A DNA stretch of 64,000 nt from the human T2T-CHM13v2.0 reference genome, Homo sapiens. Location of the stretch: assembly GCF_009914755.1 (NCBI RefSeq), contig NC_060927.1, one strand, 5' to 3'. The translations under genes were made by a program, and so were the position numbers. Numbering within the stretch: the first letter of the stretch is position 1; each line of letters opens with the position of its first letter. Under the pieces are notes generated by a model. It did no database searches. It saw only the letters and a program-made list of their open reading frames with translations, and was not told the origin of the DNA. This document shows positions 1 through 14,591 of this stretch, in pieces.

Positions 1-660
1 AATAAATGCTATGTGAAAAAGAAAAGGTAGAGAAGAGTAAGAAGTACTGGAAGAATGAATGGTTCAGGGGGAGGGGAAAGTTGCAATATTAAATAGGGTG
101 GGCAAAGCAGCCTTGATGACTCTGAGCAGCCTTGACAAAAGCAAAGGAGTCAGAAATGCAGATATGAGTGAAATGTGTTCTTATAAAAGGAAATGACCAA
201 TACAAAAGCCCTAAAGTCATAGCATGCCTGCTGTGTTCAAGGTGGAGCAAACAAGCCAGTCCAGCTGGAAGCAGGGAGAAGGGCAAGTCATGAGGTTACA
301 CAGTAATGGCAGCCAGTCCACGAAGGACCTGGTAAGACACTGACTTTTATTCTTAGGGAAATGAAAGCCATTTCAGATTATGAGTAGCCATAGATCTTTG
401 ACTGGTTGTTTTGGGGAAAATAGATTATAAGGAAGCAACGGAACAATCTATTCTAGAGATGATGTTAGCTTTGTACAAGGTGGTCCTAGCAGACATATGA
501 TTAGGGTAGATTTTTTCATATATCACAACAAAAGAACTTTCTGATGCAATGGACATGAGGTGTGAGGAAAGGAGAATGATCAAGAATTACACAAAGGTTT
601 TTGTTCCAAGTAATCGGAAGGATGGAATTGCCATCAGGTGACATAAGGAAGAATGTGATT
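1..660 (-). mobile_element. L2 (L2a-like) LINE relic
   Basis: Diverged match to antisense L2 3' region (ttgcaatattaaatagggtgg...aaggtttttgttccaagtaatcggaaggatggaattgccat). Confidence 0.75.
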
Positions 661-1001
661 AGAACAACCCATGTTAGAATTTCTAAAATCCCTATGAGTT
701 TGTCACAGTAACATGATTCAGGAGAAAATCAGCCACTTTAAAACATCACAAGACTTCAGACTAATGTCATGACACAAAGTTATTTATTTTAATTTCCATA
801 CAAATGACCTTATTGCACAAATAATGGAAATGATAAAATATTAAAGGAAAATAAAGAGAGGGCAAGACAGAAATAGAAACCTTTTAGGAAACTCTTCAAT
901 GATGCCTTTAGGGAAACCATAGATAAAAACTATCCTTGCCAATTATGACAATACTGCACGCATTTTCAGACCATTTTAGTTTTAAAGAATAAGCAAAAAC
1001 A

Positions 1002-1292
1002 GGTCAGGCGTGGTGGGTCATGCAGGTAATCCCAGCACTTTGGGAGGCCGAGGTGGACAGATCACGAAGTCAAGAGATTGAGATCATCCTGGCCAACATG
1101 GTGAAACCCCGTCTCTATGAAAAATACAAAAATTAGCTAGGTGTGGTGGCGTGCGTGTGTAGTCCCAGCTACGCCGTATGCTGAGGCTGGAGAATCACTT
1201 GAACCTGGGAGGCAGACGCTGCAGTGAGCCGAGATCTCCACTGCATTGCAGCTTGGCGACAGAGTGATACTCCGTCTCAAAAAAAAAAAAAA
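1002..1292 (+). mobile_element. Alu (AluSc-like)
   Basis: Dimeric Alu with gtcaagagattgagatcatcctggccaacatgg, A tail, TSD aagcaaaaaca (991-1001 / 1293-1303). Confidence 0.95.
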
Positions 1293-2440
1293 AAGCAAAA
1301 ACAAACTTAGTTACAACTCCACTATAAAAAGCAAAAAACAGAATATATTTATGGAACAGTGTTTATCAAATTGCTTTGTAAAACTTCAGGTTTCTCTGCG
1401 ATTAGGGTTTTTAAGGGAAGAATCAGGCAGGACATAACTTCATGTTTATTGTCTTTTTATTTATTAGCATTCTGTGAATGAGTTTATATACCCAAAAATA
1501 CTGCTGTCTTTTGTTCAACTCTAAAACCACTGTTGTAGAGGAAGGCTTCTCATTGTATACTTCCATTTAAAATGTGAATTTATTTTTTCTTCCACACTAT
1601 CATAGATTTTGAATTTGAAGTGAAGTAGAAATAGTAGGGTTGGTAAGAGGAAATGCATATTGATGATACTACATTTGACTACTTTTATTATACAAAATGT
1701 TCAAAATCCAGCAATAATTATTTCTCTGCTTTTATAGAAGAAAAAGCAATTGTGTATCAGTATTATAAAATATAATTGTCATTATAGCACTTTAAGTTAT
1801 TTATATCCTATTTGAATTTAAAATTTCCCCACTAAGAGCTTTGGAGTGGTTATTGTAAGTATACTTGATGTTTACTTCCTAGGAACTTTGACCATCATTA
1901 TAGAAAATGTGAACAGCATATATATACCTGCCCAATTACCTCACATGTATGTGTTTGTTCATTTCAAAATTCATGGGATAACTTTTATTTTAAAAGTGAT
2001 TCAAGAAAAAGAAGCTAATTTCTGTTTGGAAAAGCTATTTTCTATTGAAGATAAAATGTAAATAAAAACATAGCTAATTATTAAATTTCCAAATTATGTA
2101 AAACCGATAGTATTAATAAGATTTCATTTAAAACAGAAAAGCAAATAAGCATGTTTAATAAAATGGCTCCATAAAATTATACTTACCTTTGAAGATTCAA
2201 CTCTAGAAATTTTAGGTCATTTCATTCAGATGAAATAGTATGAAATCATTGATTATTTTAAGAAGTGACCCACTAATTTGTATCTTAAGCAAGAAAAATT
2301 GTTTCAGGCCAACTGAGATTTAATTCCTCTATGATGCATATTCTTTTGGTAAATAGTTCACCATCTTGTAACTGTCAACTATTTGTATGTTTATATATTA
2401 GCTATTTTGACAGCAACTATAGTTCTCTACATAATTCTTT

Positions 2441-2753
<313 letters not shown>

Positions 2754-3305
2754 TCTCTGCATAATTCTTTATACCTTAATAAAAGTGCACCTTCTGAAAA
2801 TTCTCATGTCTAAAATGTTTAATGGATGAAAAATTTGTACTTATTAAATTTTTATTTATATTATAGATTGCAATTTTTATATGTTATTAGTAATTAAGAA
2901 TGAAAGTTTTACAATTATTTTCCGTATAAACATTGTACATATTGTTAATTTAGATTAAAAAAAAAGTTTTACAGGAGGGAGTGGGACATTCCTTGGTGAA
3001 ATTTCTCCTCTCATGAATTGTGGCCAGACTGTTTCTGCCAGGATACATTCATTCCATAATGTACTAACATATTATGAATATTTTACCAACAATTGTGCCT
3101 TCATGTTTTTGACACACTGTAACATTTCAAACTTTATAAAGTTTATCTCAACAGTACAATTGGCTATAAAATACTTATTTTCAGTGGAAAAAATTCATTA
3201 AATGTTTTAGAATTCATTTGTACTCAGTAATCTTTTCACATGTGTTGGAGATAGCATAAATAATTAGGGCTTAAAGATGAAACAGTTAATTCACCAATAA
3301 ATATT

Positions 3306-3679
3306 TGTATTAGTCTATTCTGTCATTGCTATAAAGAAATACCTCAAACTGAGTAATGTAAAAAGAAAAGTGGTTTAATTGGCTCACAGTTCCACAGGGT
3401 GTACAGGAAGCATGGCTAGGGAAGCCCAAGCAAACTTACAACATGGCAGAAGGTGAGGGAGAAGCAGGCACTTCCTACATGGCTGGAGCAGGAGGAAGAG
3501 ACTGAAGCGGAGGTGCTACACACTTTTCAACAAGATCACATGAGAACTCATTCACTATCATGTACAAGGGGGAAATGCGCCCCCATGATCCAGTTGTCTC
3601 CCACCACATCCTTCCTCCAACATTGGGGATTATAATTCTAAATGAGATTTTGGTGGGGACACAAATCCAAACAGTATCA
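3306..3679 (-). mobile_element. MSTA MaLR solo LTR
   Basis: tgtattagtc...ggggacacaaatccaaacagtatca termini and MSTA-type interior (gtacaggaagcatggc, gaggtgctacacactttt). Confidence 0.9.
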
Positions 3680-4039
3680 GTATCATAAACTGCTATTAAT
3701 CAAAGAACAATAACAAGATAAGAGGCCTCTGCATTGGAGGTGACAGTCAGTGGAGACCTGAATATTGTGGGAAATCGATGGACTAACTGATAGAGGTTCA
3801 TTTATTCAGGACCAGGTGTACTCAGGGACCTTTGCTCTGATCACATGGGTAAGCATGAACACACAGGTTGTCGGAGGAGCCTCTGTCTTAGTGTTATATT
3901 TAAAAGTCTGGACTTTATTTTGATGTAAATATCTAGGAGATTATTTTTTAAGGATTATGACATTGTTATATTTTATTTTTAAAATGATTATTCTGGAATT
4001 GTAAAGATGATAAAGATTATTTCTTTACTTCTTCTGTGA

Positions 4040-4083
4040 TCCCACAGTGGTGGCATTACAGGTGTGAGCCACCGTGCCCGGCC
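4040..4083 (-). mobile_element. Alu 5'-end stub (about 44 bp)
   Basis: Reverse complement reads ggccgggcacggtggctcacacctgtaatgccaccactgtggga. Confidence 0.8.
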
Positions 4084-4156
4084 TTACAATTTTATAAAAG
4101 GTAGTTGATAGAAAGAATGATAGGGCTTTGTAAGTTTGACAGAAAATGAATGAAAT

Positions 4157-4484
4157 GCTGTGTCTTATGCCTGTAATGCCAGTACTTTGGGAGGCCAAGG
4201 AGGATGGATCACTTAAACCCAGGAGTTTGAAACCAGTCTGGCAACATGGCAAAAACCCCATCTCTACAAAAAAAAAAAAAGAAAAATACAAATTTTGCCA
4301 GATATGGTGGCTTGCACCTGTAGTCTCAGCTACTTGGGAAGCTGAGGTGAGAAGATCACTTGAGCCCAGGGACTGAGGTTGCAATGAGCCCAAATGGGGC
4401 CACTGCACTCCCACCTGGGTGACAGAGGGAAACCCTGTCTCCAACAAACAAACAAACAAACAAACAAAACAAGACAAAACAAAA
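4157..4484 (+). mobile_element. Alu (AluJ-like)
   Basis: gatcacttaaacccaggagtttga and gaggtgagaagatcacttgagcccagg J-type motifs; (CAAA)n tail. Confidence 0.9.
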
Positions 4485-5009
4485 GCTGCTTTGGGGAAAA
4501 ACAAATGAATTGAGAATGACATTTCTGGATAGACTCTTCTCCCACCACCACAGATGTGATAGCTGGAAAACTGCAGGTGAGAAGAGTGAGGGGGACTGAA
4601 AATTTCTAGAAAAACCTCAGCAGTTTGGGAATCAATGTGGATGAGGCAAATGTAAGAGAGGCAGCTGCAGCTTTGGATTTCTGGATGACAGAATAAAGCA
4701 AGAGCCAGAGAGCAATATGGTACTCAAGGAGAATGACTGGACCTCCAGGATGCCTTATAAAATGAAGGGATGAAATTTGCAGGATTTAAAAACTCAGAAT
4801 TTTGTGTGGAATGTGACCTCAAAACTACTGAAGATTTTCATTTACATTTCTGTGATTCATTTGTCATTTCAAAGACATGTCTAAGGAAGCAAGATAATGA
4901 ATTCCCAGTGGTGCTTAGAGATGAATTGATACCTAAAAGTGTGAATATCCATCAAGCCAAATATGCTAAATATCCTTTCCTGTTATTCTGAAAGTAATAA
5001 AAATTGGTG

Positions 5010-5200
5010 GACAAATTGCCTGGATTTGATTCTTAGTTCTGCCAATTACTTTATTTGACACATTATTTAATATTTTGGTCCTCAGTTACTAGTTCCATAA
5101 AACGAAGGCTGTATGACAGTTACATAGATTAAATGAGTTATATATGGCATATTTTAGTTTTCAACAGACTTAGCTATTTTTATATTCTTCATTATAGTTG
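5010..5200 (+). mobile_element. MIR relic
   Basis: gcctggatttgattcttagttctgcca...cctcagtt...gattaaatgagtta core similarity. Confidence 0.6.
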
Positions 5201-6184
5201 TTGTTATTATTTATTTTAATTATTGTTCAAAGGTGAAGAATATTTTATTTCAAATGGTTAAGTTCTAAGATGGTTAAGCTCCTATGTACTGTTTGTACTC
5301 ACTCAACTCTACCTGGTCATTTCACACATTTCTTTTTCATATGAAGAACTGAAATATATATTCCAGTATTGCCCATTTTAAATGAAGATGTCTTATCCCT
5401 GAAATGCATTTAAGGTACCTGAAATAGTGATAAAAATTAATATAATTAAAGGCAATGAACTATAGATTATTTACAACAAACACAACTGAATACATATTAT
5501 ACTAATTTATCATTCTGAAATGTAAGTAATTCTGGCCTTATTAATGAGAATCATTTGGGTCATTTGTGTGGAAATGATGCATTACTTATGCATAAAAAAA
5601 CACTACAGCTATTTAACTCTCAAGACATTAAGTCCTTCTCCCAGATGAGAACAAACATACACACATGTGCACACACACCCATACTTACACAGAAATTTAT
5701 ATATATAAAATGTACACACATAATTTTACCTGGATGTTTTTTATTACATAATTTATTTTGTACCATGTTCTGTTTAGAGAAAAAATAAAATATTTCACAA
5801 GAAATACTCTTGTGAACATAGTGAAAAAAAATCACAGGAAATCTAAGGCCAGATGCAAATAATACTACCACCAAAGTTTTTGATTGTGGGCCACTCCTTT
5901 GAGGGATGTTTTTCAAAATAGAACATAATTTTAATTATGTTAACATTAAAGTTTTTAAAATTTATAATTATTTTATTTTAAATTTGGAAAAATTTGTTTT
6001 TCCCCACAATTTGTATATTTATATTGACTTGTATAGTCAGTTAATCTAAAATGTAAGTGCCTTAAAATTAAATTAGTCTTTGTTTTGGATTAAAATATTT
6101 TAGAGATATGTGGCATAATTTGGGCATTATCAAGTATGATTCATCCAGAATACACCAGGTTCTTGTTAAGTTTATTAATCACTC

Positions 6185-6185
<1 letters not shown>

Positions 6186-6221
<36 letters not shown>

Positions 6222-6626
6222 CTTTAAGTTCTAGGGTACATGTGCACAACGTGGTTTGTTACATATATATATACATGTGCCATGTTGGTGTGCTGCACCC
6301 ATTAACTGGTCATTTAACATTAGGTATATCTCCTAATGCTATCCCTCCCCCTTCCCCCCACCTCACAACAGGCCCCAGTGTGTGATGTTCCCCTTCCTGT
6401 GTCCATGTGTTCTCATTGTTCAATTCCCATCTATGAGTGAGAACATGCGGTGTTTGGTTTTTTGTCCTTGCAATAGTTTGTTGAGAATGATGGTTTCCAG
6501 CTTCATCCATGTCCCTACAAAGGAGAGGAACTCATCATTTTTTATGGCTGCATAGTATTCCATGGTATATACATGCCACATTTTCTTAATCCAGTGTATC
6601 ATTGTTGGACATTTGGGTTGGTTCCA
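6186..6626 (-). mobile_element. L1PA 3' end, 5'-truncated, with (TAA)n tail
   Basis: ORF2 C-terminal peptide (WNQPKCPTMIHWIKKMWHVYTMEYYAAIK) plus L1PA 3'UTR; TSD aatcactct (6177-6185 / 6627-6635). Confidence 0.95.
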
Positions 6627-7269
6627 AATCACTCTTTATGTAGGTTCTTTAGTACATAGTACAAATCTTATAAATTGAAAATAAAAAGTAGATTTTAGAA
6701 CCCTGTCTCTAGTTGTATACAGCACGTCTCCTCTATAGAAAGAATCATTATACGTTACACATGACAGAAATTTGCTAAAGCAAATTCAATAATGAATATA
6801 TACGATGAAGAGTGTCAATGGCTTTTCTTCTAAAGTGCCTTTAGTTCTCAAATTGAATCCAAATAATACTACATAAAAGGTGTTTCTACCTATTGTGTCA
6901 GAGTGTCCAATCATTTTCTTTGTTTATTATCTCCTTCTCACTCCTATACTTCCCTCTTAAAGAACATAGTTGTGCTCTCTTCAGAGTCTGCTTTGAAATT
7001 GTTTCCCAAGAAGGCTCTTGATACCACTTTCTGGCCATCATTGATTGGACTACAGGTATTCACTTGTCCCAAGTCAGACTATTGAGATTCTCTTTCCTAG
7101 GAAGAAACTATGCACCTGACTGCATTCAGGCTTTGTTGAACATTAAGTGCAACATAGGGCCAATCAGCCATTTTTTACCATGTGCCCAAAGGAGAGAGAC
7201 AATGCATAGTGAGGAACACCAAGAGAATAAGTGCCAGAAGATTGGAGTGCTCATGTTTTAAAATAATTA

Positions 7270-7475
7270 TCTTTCAGACGTCCAAGTAGAAATGCCAAGG
7301 AATCAATGGAATAAACTCATCTCAAGTTTAAAGTACAGTTTAATTTGAGATATTACTTTTGGAAATCACCATATATATGTATCTTTTAGGAAACTGTGAA
7401 AAGAGATAAGAGGAGAAATTTAATAAAACACCTTGAATATCTCCAATATTTAAATCTGAGAAAGAGAATGATGTG
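7270..7475 (-). mobile_element. L2 fragment
   Basis: agacgtccaagtagaaatg... antisense L2-like text, heavily diverged. Confidence 0.5.
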
Positions 7476-7883
7476 CTGAGAGAACCAGGAAAGCTGGTGA
7501 TGGAATTTAATCCAAGTACAAAGATCAAAGACCCAGAGAAGCCTATAATTTAGCTCCTAGTCTGATGCTAAAGGCTGGTGTACGTCCCAGAGTCCAAAGT
7601 CCTTAAAACAAGGAGCTTCAATCTGAGGGCAGGAAAAGATGAATGTCTTAGTCATGATAAGAGAGAGAATTTGTCCTTCCTCTATTTTTTGTATTCTATC
7701 AGGACCTCAATGGATTAAATGATGCCCTCACATTGGTGAGGGCAGATTGTCTTTACTGTTTACTGATTTAGGTGTTAATTTCTTCTAGAAAGATCCTCAC
7801 AATCCCAACCAGAAATAATGTTTTACCAGCTATATGGGCAGCCCCTACCCCAGTCAAGTTGACACATAAAATTAACCATCACT
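7476..7883 (-). mobile_element. MLT2 (MLT2B/C-like) ERVL LTR, partial
   Basis: Ends cagtcaagttgacacataaaattaaccatcac, the reverse complement of the MLT2 5' end; abuts ERVL internal sequence. Confidence 0.9.
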
Positions 7884-9998
7884 AGTTGATCCCTTGTCAA
7901 TGTGGCTCCTGTGAACATCTCTTTAGGCCAAAATTAATCTCCATATAAACAAACTAACAAGGTCATAATTTCACTTAATATTATACAGTATCATGCATGC
8001 AATTGAAAATGAAATGCACAAATCCCTTCCCCAGAAGAGGAGATAATGGCCTTGAGTAATGGTTACTTTTCTCCAGATACCTCATACTTTAAATACTGTG
8101 ATATAAAATGAGCAATACTTAAATACTGATATAAAATTAATACATCTTACATTACATGATAAGGAAATAAAAATGTAAAGAAAACAAAGACATTCCTTAA
8201 TAGATATATATGTACACACAGATATTAAAAATAAAAGGAGGACATACTTATGACAATTATAGTGCTCATTTCTTTAACCGTTCACATGGTCATAACTGGC
8301 ACTTATAGTAACCACCTTCTTCGACCACCCATTCTGTATTCCCTTTGCCTTTCGCAAGAACCTAAGCTTGCTGTGATTCTTCACCTGGTGGCAAAACTGA
8401 AACATTCATCCCTGAAGATTCTGGGCCACTCATAGTTTTGCCTAGATTGAGTTGTTGTAGTTTTTCATTGACCTTAATTACAAGACATGATCATACTTAG
8501 AGACCACCTAAAAGAGGTCTCCTGTATTCCAAACACACTCTTTCTTACCTCCATTATGGAGTAGTAGTTCAATTACTTCTTGGGACTTAGGAACTTCTTG
8601 GGACCCTAGTCAATACCATAACTCCCTTCATGGCCTGTGGACTCAGAGGCTTGAGGAACCCAATGTGACTGGCAGTCTTAACTTCAAGTTCAATAGAATT
8701 ATTATTGTGTCTTCTAGTGGAAGTATTTTTTCCTCTGGAGTTAATATTTATAGGACAGCAAAACATAAAGCTACAGGAAGAGAAAACAAGAATTTTGCTA
8801 GGAGTCGCTAGGGATAATAGTAATGCCACTCCCATTTATCATCCTTTGATTTCTGAACTCGTGATTCCTGGCTATGGGTGAAACAGACACCATGTATTGG
8901 ACACTGATTCAGAGAATATACAGCCTTTTGGAAAACCCTGAACCAGCCCTGCAAAATATTGTACCTAGCTGACACTGTAACTCAGTCTTCTAAAGGCCAT
9001 TCTACCCTTATATCAAGCCAGCTGCTTCAGGATGGTGGGGAACATTGTAGGACCAGGAAATTTCATAAGCCTGACTCCACTGACACCCTTCTTTGGCTGT
9101 GGCATAAGTACCCCGGTTAAAAGCAATGCTGTGTGGAATAAAATGGCAGTGTAAAAAAGCATTCTATAAGTCTATGGATGGTAGTTTTGGCAGAAACACT
9201 GAATGCTTGGAAGACAAATCCAGATCCAGAGAGCCTATTCCAGGAAGGACACAATGATGCCCCTCCCATAATGGAAGCAGTCCAGTGTAATTTACCTGCC
9301 ATCAGGCTGCTGGCTGATCACACCAGGGGATGGTGCCATATTGAAGTTTTACTCTTGGTCTCTGCTGCTGACACATTCGGCATTCCATGTTTGGCATAAC
9401 CAGGCTAGCCTGGTGAGTAAAATTCCATGTTGCTGAGCCCATACCTAACCTCCATCCTTGCCTTCATGGCCACTTTGCTCATGAGTTTATAAAGTAATGG
9501 CAAGGCTGGGAAAAGAGACTGACTAATATCCAGAGAATGGGTCATCCAATCCACTTGATTATTCAGTTTTTCTCTTGAGGTCATTCTTTGGTGAACATTA
9601 TCATGAGACACAATTATTTTCACTTTTGTAGTCCATTCAGGGAGGTCCATCTACATACCTCTTCTCCAAATTCTTTGTCACCAATTTTCCAATCATGTTC
9701 CTTCCAAGTCCCTGATGATACAGCCATTTCACTATAGCCACTATACAATGAAAGGTCTGGCTTTATTTTTATTTTTTATTTTTTGTTTTAATATCAACAA
9801 GGGGTGACACTGTTCAAAGTTCTACCCACTGGGAAGATTACCCCCTTCACCACTATCTTTCAGAATTGTCCCAGAAAGTGGATGTCGTGCTATAGCTATC
9901 CACTTATAGATGGTGCCTGCATATTGTGCAGAACCATCTGTAAACCAGGCTAGTGTCTTCTCTTCCTCTCTCAGCTGATCACAGGGAACTCTTCATGA
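7884..9998 (-). mobile_element. ERVL internal remnant (RNase H/integrase/dUTPase region), decayed
   Basis: Broken minus-strand ORFs resembling ERVL pol (KIIVSHDNVHQRMTSREKLNNQVDWMTHS) and a frameshifted dUTPase region next to the MLT2 LTR. Confidence 0.85.
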
Positions 9999-10199
9999 GT
10001 TGATTTGAATCTCAGGTTAATATATTGTATATGATCTAAGGAAAAACATTTTTTCTTTTTTCTCACTTATTAAAATATTACATTAATATGTACATCAAAG
10101 TATTCTTATGAAATACCATTGGCATACTTACCTAGTACACAATTGGTTCTAAAGTGCACTTTTCTTTTGCTTTTTAAATTATATATGCATTCTAACTGA

Positions 10200-11130
10200 A
10201 TGACCTCTTTCACTTTACTTGTGAGCTACTTATATACTAATGCCTTCCAAATGGCAAAAGTCTCCTTCCAAAGTTTTAGACCTGTATTTCAATCATCTAT
10301 GAATTATACCTCCACCACATGTTCTATGGTTACCTCAAATCTAAAATTGACTTAGGATTTATTTCTCCCAAATCACTGATAATTCCAAGGGCTGAGCTTA
10401 AATCTTATAAAAATCTTGTACAGCCACAAACATGCTGCAATATCATGCCTCCAAGTCTTAGCATGTTCTTTTTTCTCCTGTTTTAATGGTAAATCTAAAA
10501 CATTTTGAATATTAGTTTCTCTTCGATGCTTGCCATGAACATCCCGAAGACATCCTAGGTAGTGTGGATTTTTATATTTTAGTAATTTGTTGATATTCAC
10601 TTGTTTTTGTCTCTGCCAGGCAAAATGTCCCTCTCTAAATACAACCCCTATTAAACCAAACCAAAACAAAACAAAACAAAAATTTAAATCTGTTTTTTGA
10701 CTCAACAAATCAATCCAGGCTATTCTCCCTAGGCTATACTTGAAATAATCTCTTCAAATATCTCCATATCCCAATTTATTTTATTATACTTGGATTCTAC
10801 CTCTCTCCAAAATCTCACAGGTAGAAAAGTTTAGTTAATCCAGTTTCTGTGCTAGCCACCTCCAAAATGTACAATTTAACAAAACCATGTGTACACTCCA
10901 GCTGAAGTTCCTAGGGCTCTAGATAGAGCTTGCACTGCGTGTTTTTACTTCTCTGAAAAGAATATTTATCAGGCAATGCATTACAAACTATTTTTGTACA
11001 TGTCACTCTTCCCATTGAGCTTAACTTCTTAAGTTGTAGTGTGTGTATCTTAAACATTTTCCTTCCATTAGTTAGGATAATGCAAGTTCTGTTGTGATGC
11101 TTAAATAATTTCTTTTTAATAAAAAGGAAA
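10200..11130 (+). mobile_element. L2 fragments
   Basis: Patchy similarity (tatatactaatgccttccaaat...ttttagacctgtatttcaa...tacctcaaatctaa); boundaries uncertain. Confidence 0.45.
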
Positions 11131-11207
11131 TAAAACTCATGTGCTAATCTTTATTGAAAACTGTACTGGCAACAGTTGTGTTCCTGGCTTTATATATGAA
11201 GCCCTGT

Positions 11208-11904
<697 letters not shown>

Positions 11905-12679
11905 CCTGTTATATACCCACATGCCTTGCCCAGTACCAGTAAGCTCAATTCCTTTAAATGCAGGAGTTGCATCTCAGGACGTAAGACACGTATTAGCTAC
12001 CAGTCACCTTCTGAGCGGCATAGCTTCAGCTTCTCACTGGTGAGTTCCCTTTTTATATTTCAAACGTGTAGAGTGACAAGTGAGATTCCACATCCCTTTT
12101 GTTTTCCATTGTGATAATATTTTTGACTTTCTCTCTTCAATTATATTTGGGCCTGGTAGAAAATTACAGCCTCAAAGCTATTGTGTTTTTCATAGCACAG
12201 TTACTATATACCTCTTCTTTATCTAAATTCTTTTATCCTGATTAAAAATCCAATGTTAATTTTACAATCACTTTTTCTAGGAATCTGATTTTTCTTTTGT
12301 TTTCGGTTACCTTTCTTCTTTATGCATTGTTTTCTAAAACACTATGATACACCCATGTGTAGACATACTTGCTATTTTATTTCACTCTAACTTGGCATTT
12401 ATCGAGATATTAAACCTGATGACTAATGTCTTTTCCAAGTTCTGGGACATGCTCAGTCATTATCTCCTCAAAAAGAATCTTTCTATTATTTTATTTTTTA
12501 ACTGATTTGAAACATTCTTAGTCATATGTTGAGTTTTATTGATGTATTCTTTTCTTTTTTATTTGATAGTTCCAATTCATCTCTTTGTGCAGTATTACTG
12601 TAATTTTCAATACGGTCACCTTTTCACCAATTTGTTCGTCATTTAGTATTATACGCTATTTAACCCCTGCAACAAACGT

Positions 12680-12815
12680 TGATTCCAGGTCCAGAATGTC
12701 TGCCTACAAATCCTTGAGCCATTTATTTAAATTCTGTGTGCCTCAGTTTCTCTTTATTAATGAAGACAATTATATTAAATACTTTTTCTCATTATTCTGA
12801 GCTAATGTTTGTATG
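12680..12815 (+). mobile_element. MIR relic
   Basis: ctgtgtgcctcagtttctc core. Confidence 0.6.
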
Positions 12816-13239
12816 TATATATATTTCTTTCCTTTTATTCATATAGCTAGTCCAGACTCTCAACTCCATTTATCTAGATTGTTTCAATAGTGTTCCATTG
12901 CGTCCTTTGAAAAACATGTAATTTTGTCTACATTATATATTAATCTAATATATCACTGCTATATGCATGTTATTATTTTGCACATAATCAGTCCTAGATT
13001 ATTTTCTCAGGCTAAAGTCTATATACCTGTCAGACATATGGTACCCTCCATTATATAGACTTATTTCTATCTATTTTTTTCCTATTCCTCTACTCACATA
13101 CTTAACCTAGACGCAGGTTTCTATTCACAGTCCAACAGATATGTCATATACATTCTGCTCTGCATTTGTCTTGCTTATTAATTCAATTATTTGCAAATTA
13201 ATGCAATCATTTATGATTTTATATTTTATTAAAAGTGTT

Positions 13240-13536
13240 GGCTGGGCGCAGTGGCTCACACCTGTGATCCCAGCACTTTAGGAGGCCGAGGCGGGCAGAT
13301 CATGAGGTCAGGAGTTTGAGACCAGCCTGACCAATATGGTGAAACCCCGTCTCTATTAAAATACAAAAATTAGCCAGGCGTGGTGGTGCATGCCTGTAAT
13401 CCCAGCTACTCAGGAGGCTAAGGCAGGAGAATAGCTTGAACCCGGGAGTGGGAGGTTGCCGTGAGCCGAGATTGTACCATTGCACTCCAGCCTGGGCGAC
13501 AGAGTGCAATTCTGTCTCAAAAAAAAAAAAAAAAAA
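13240..13536 (+). mobile_element. Alu (AluSg-like)
   Basis: Full dimer with A tail; short TSD aaaa(g/a)tgttg. Confidence 0.95.
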
Positions 13537-14591
13537 TGTTGAGTACACAAAGATGAAAAAGTCGTGATTTCTTCTGTATGTTGAAGCCACAGACATAAAA
13601 CTATGTAAATAATTTTAGTATAAAGTGATATATACCATAATGAAGGTTTTATACCTTAGCCTATACTGTAAAATAAGTTTATGTTTCTTTTAAATTATTA
13701 AATTTTTCATACGTACAGAGAATGATATAACAAATACTCTTTTTACTATTTTGAATTAGAAAATGTCTTTGTTTTGTCACATTTATTTCAAATCTTACCA
13801 TTCTGTAATCAAATTAGTTTGGTCCATTTGTCTGGTCACTAGAGACAGCCATCCTTGTAATTCCCAAAGACATTTCTGAAATATTCATTTGCTACTGTAA
13901 AATATGAAAGAGGCTGTGGATATTTTAGCTAATTTTCTACAGTATAAATGAGCCTTAGTGTAAGTAGCAATGACATTATTCTGAAAGTTTGGTAATAGAT
14001 AAGCCCATATTAATAGTCTCCTTTAGGTTGGTGCTGACTCATCTTCACAATCAGAAATGCTTCAAGATTAACTGGCTCCTTGCACACAATTCATTTCCTA
14101 AGATCTGCCACATTTCTTGGCAAAAATTAAACCCTTCCCAGGATGACTGATATAATGAAACTCTTTTTCCTTCAGTAGATACTTCCATTCAACTCCCCCA
14201 GTAATGTGTCTGTCTCCAACTAGCCTGACATATGGCCTAAATATTCATAATAAAACTGTATGTGACTGAGATTTTGAATTATTCAATTTTAAATAATACT
14301 ATATTTGATATATTGCCATCTTTCCTCTAATAAAAATGAAATGAAGATTGTCTCCATGTCTTACCTGTTTTTAGTTCAGTTTTTCTTTACCAATATCTTT
14401 CTTGCAGATATTGATCAAAACACAGAAACCCAAGAAAGTCACAAACATGCATTCACATATACCAAGACAGTGGAAAAAAATAAATAAAATAATATATTTT
14501 AGGCAAAGTATTCTCTAAACCAAAATATTGGTGGAGTTTATTTTCCAAATAGAATGTTGAATTACTCAGCTTGAAGTATAAATATTTATTA

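Noticed and set aside
4025-4551. 165-aa and overlapping ORFs (also 2479, 11492, 11629, 13300, 18430, 18509, 28926, 40839, 44236)
   Set aside because: Typical Alu-translation peptides ([30 protein letters not shown])
14408-14488. + strand acceptor (ctttcttgcag) followed by a short open frame and overlapping AATAAA, like a terminal exon
   Set aside because: Peptide unrecognised, signal overlaps the stop, no linked upstream exon; common by chance in AT-rich DNA
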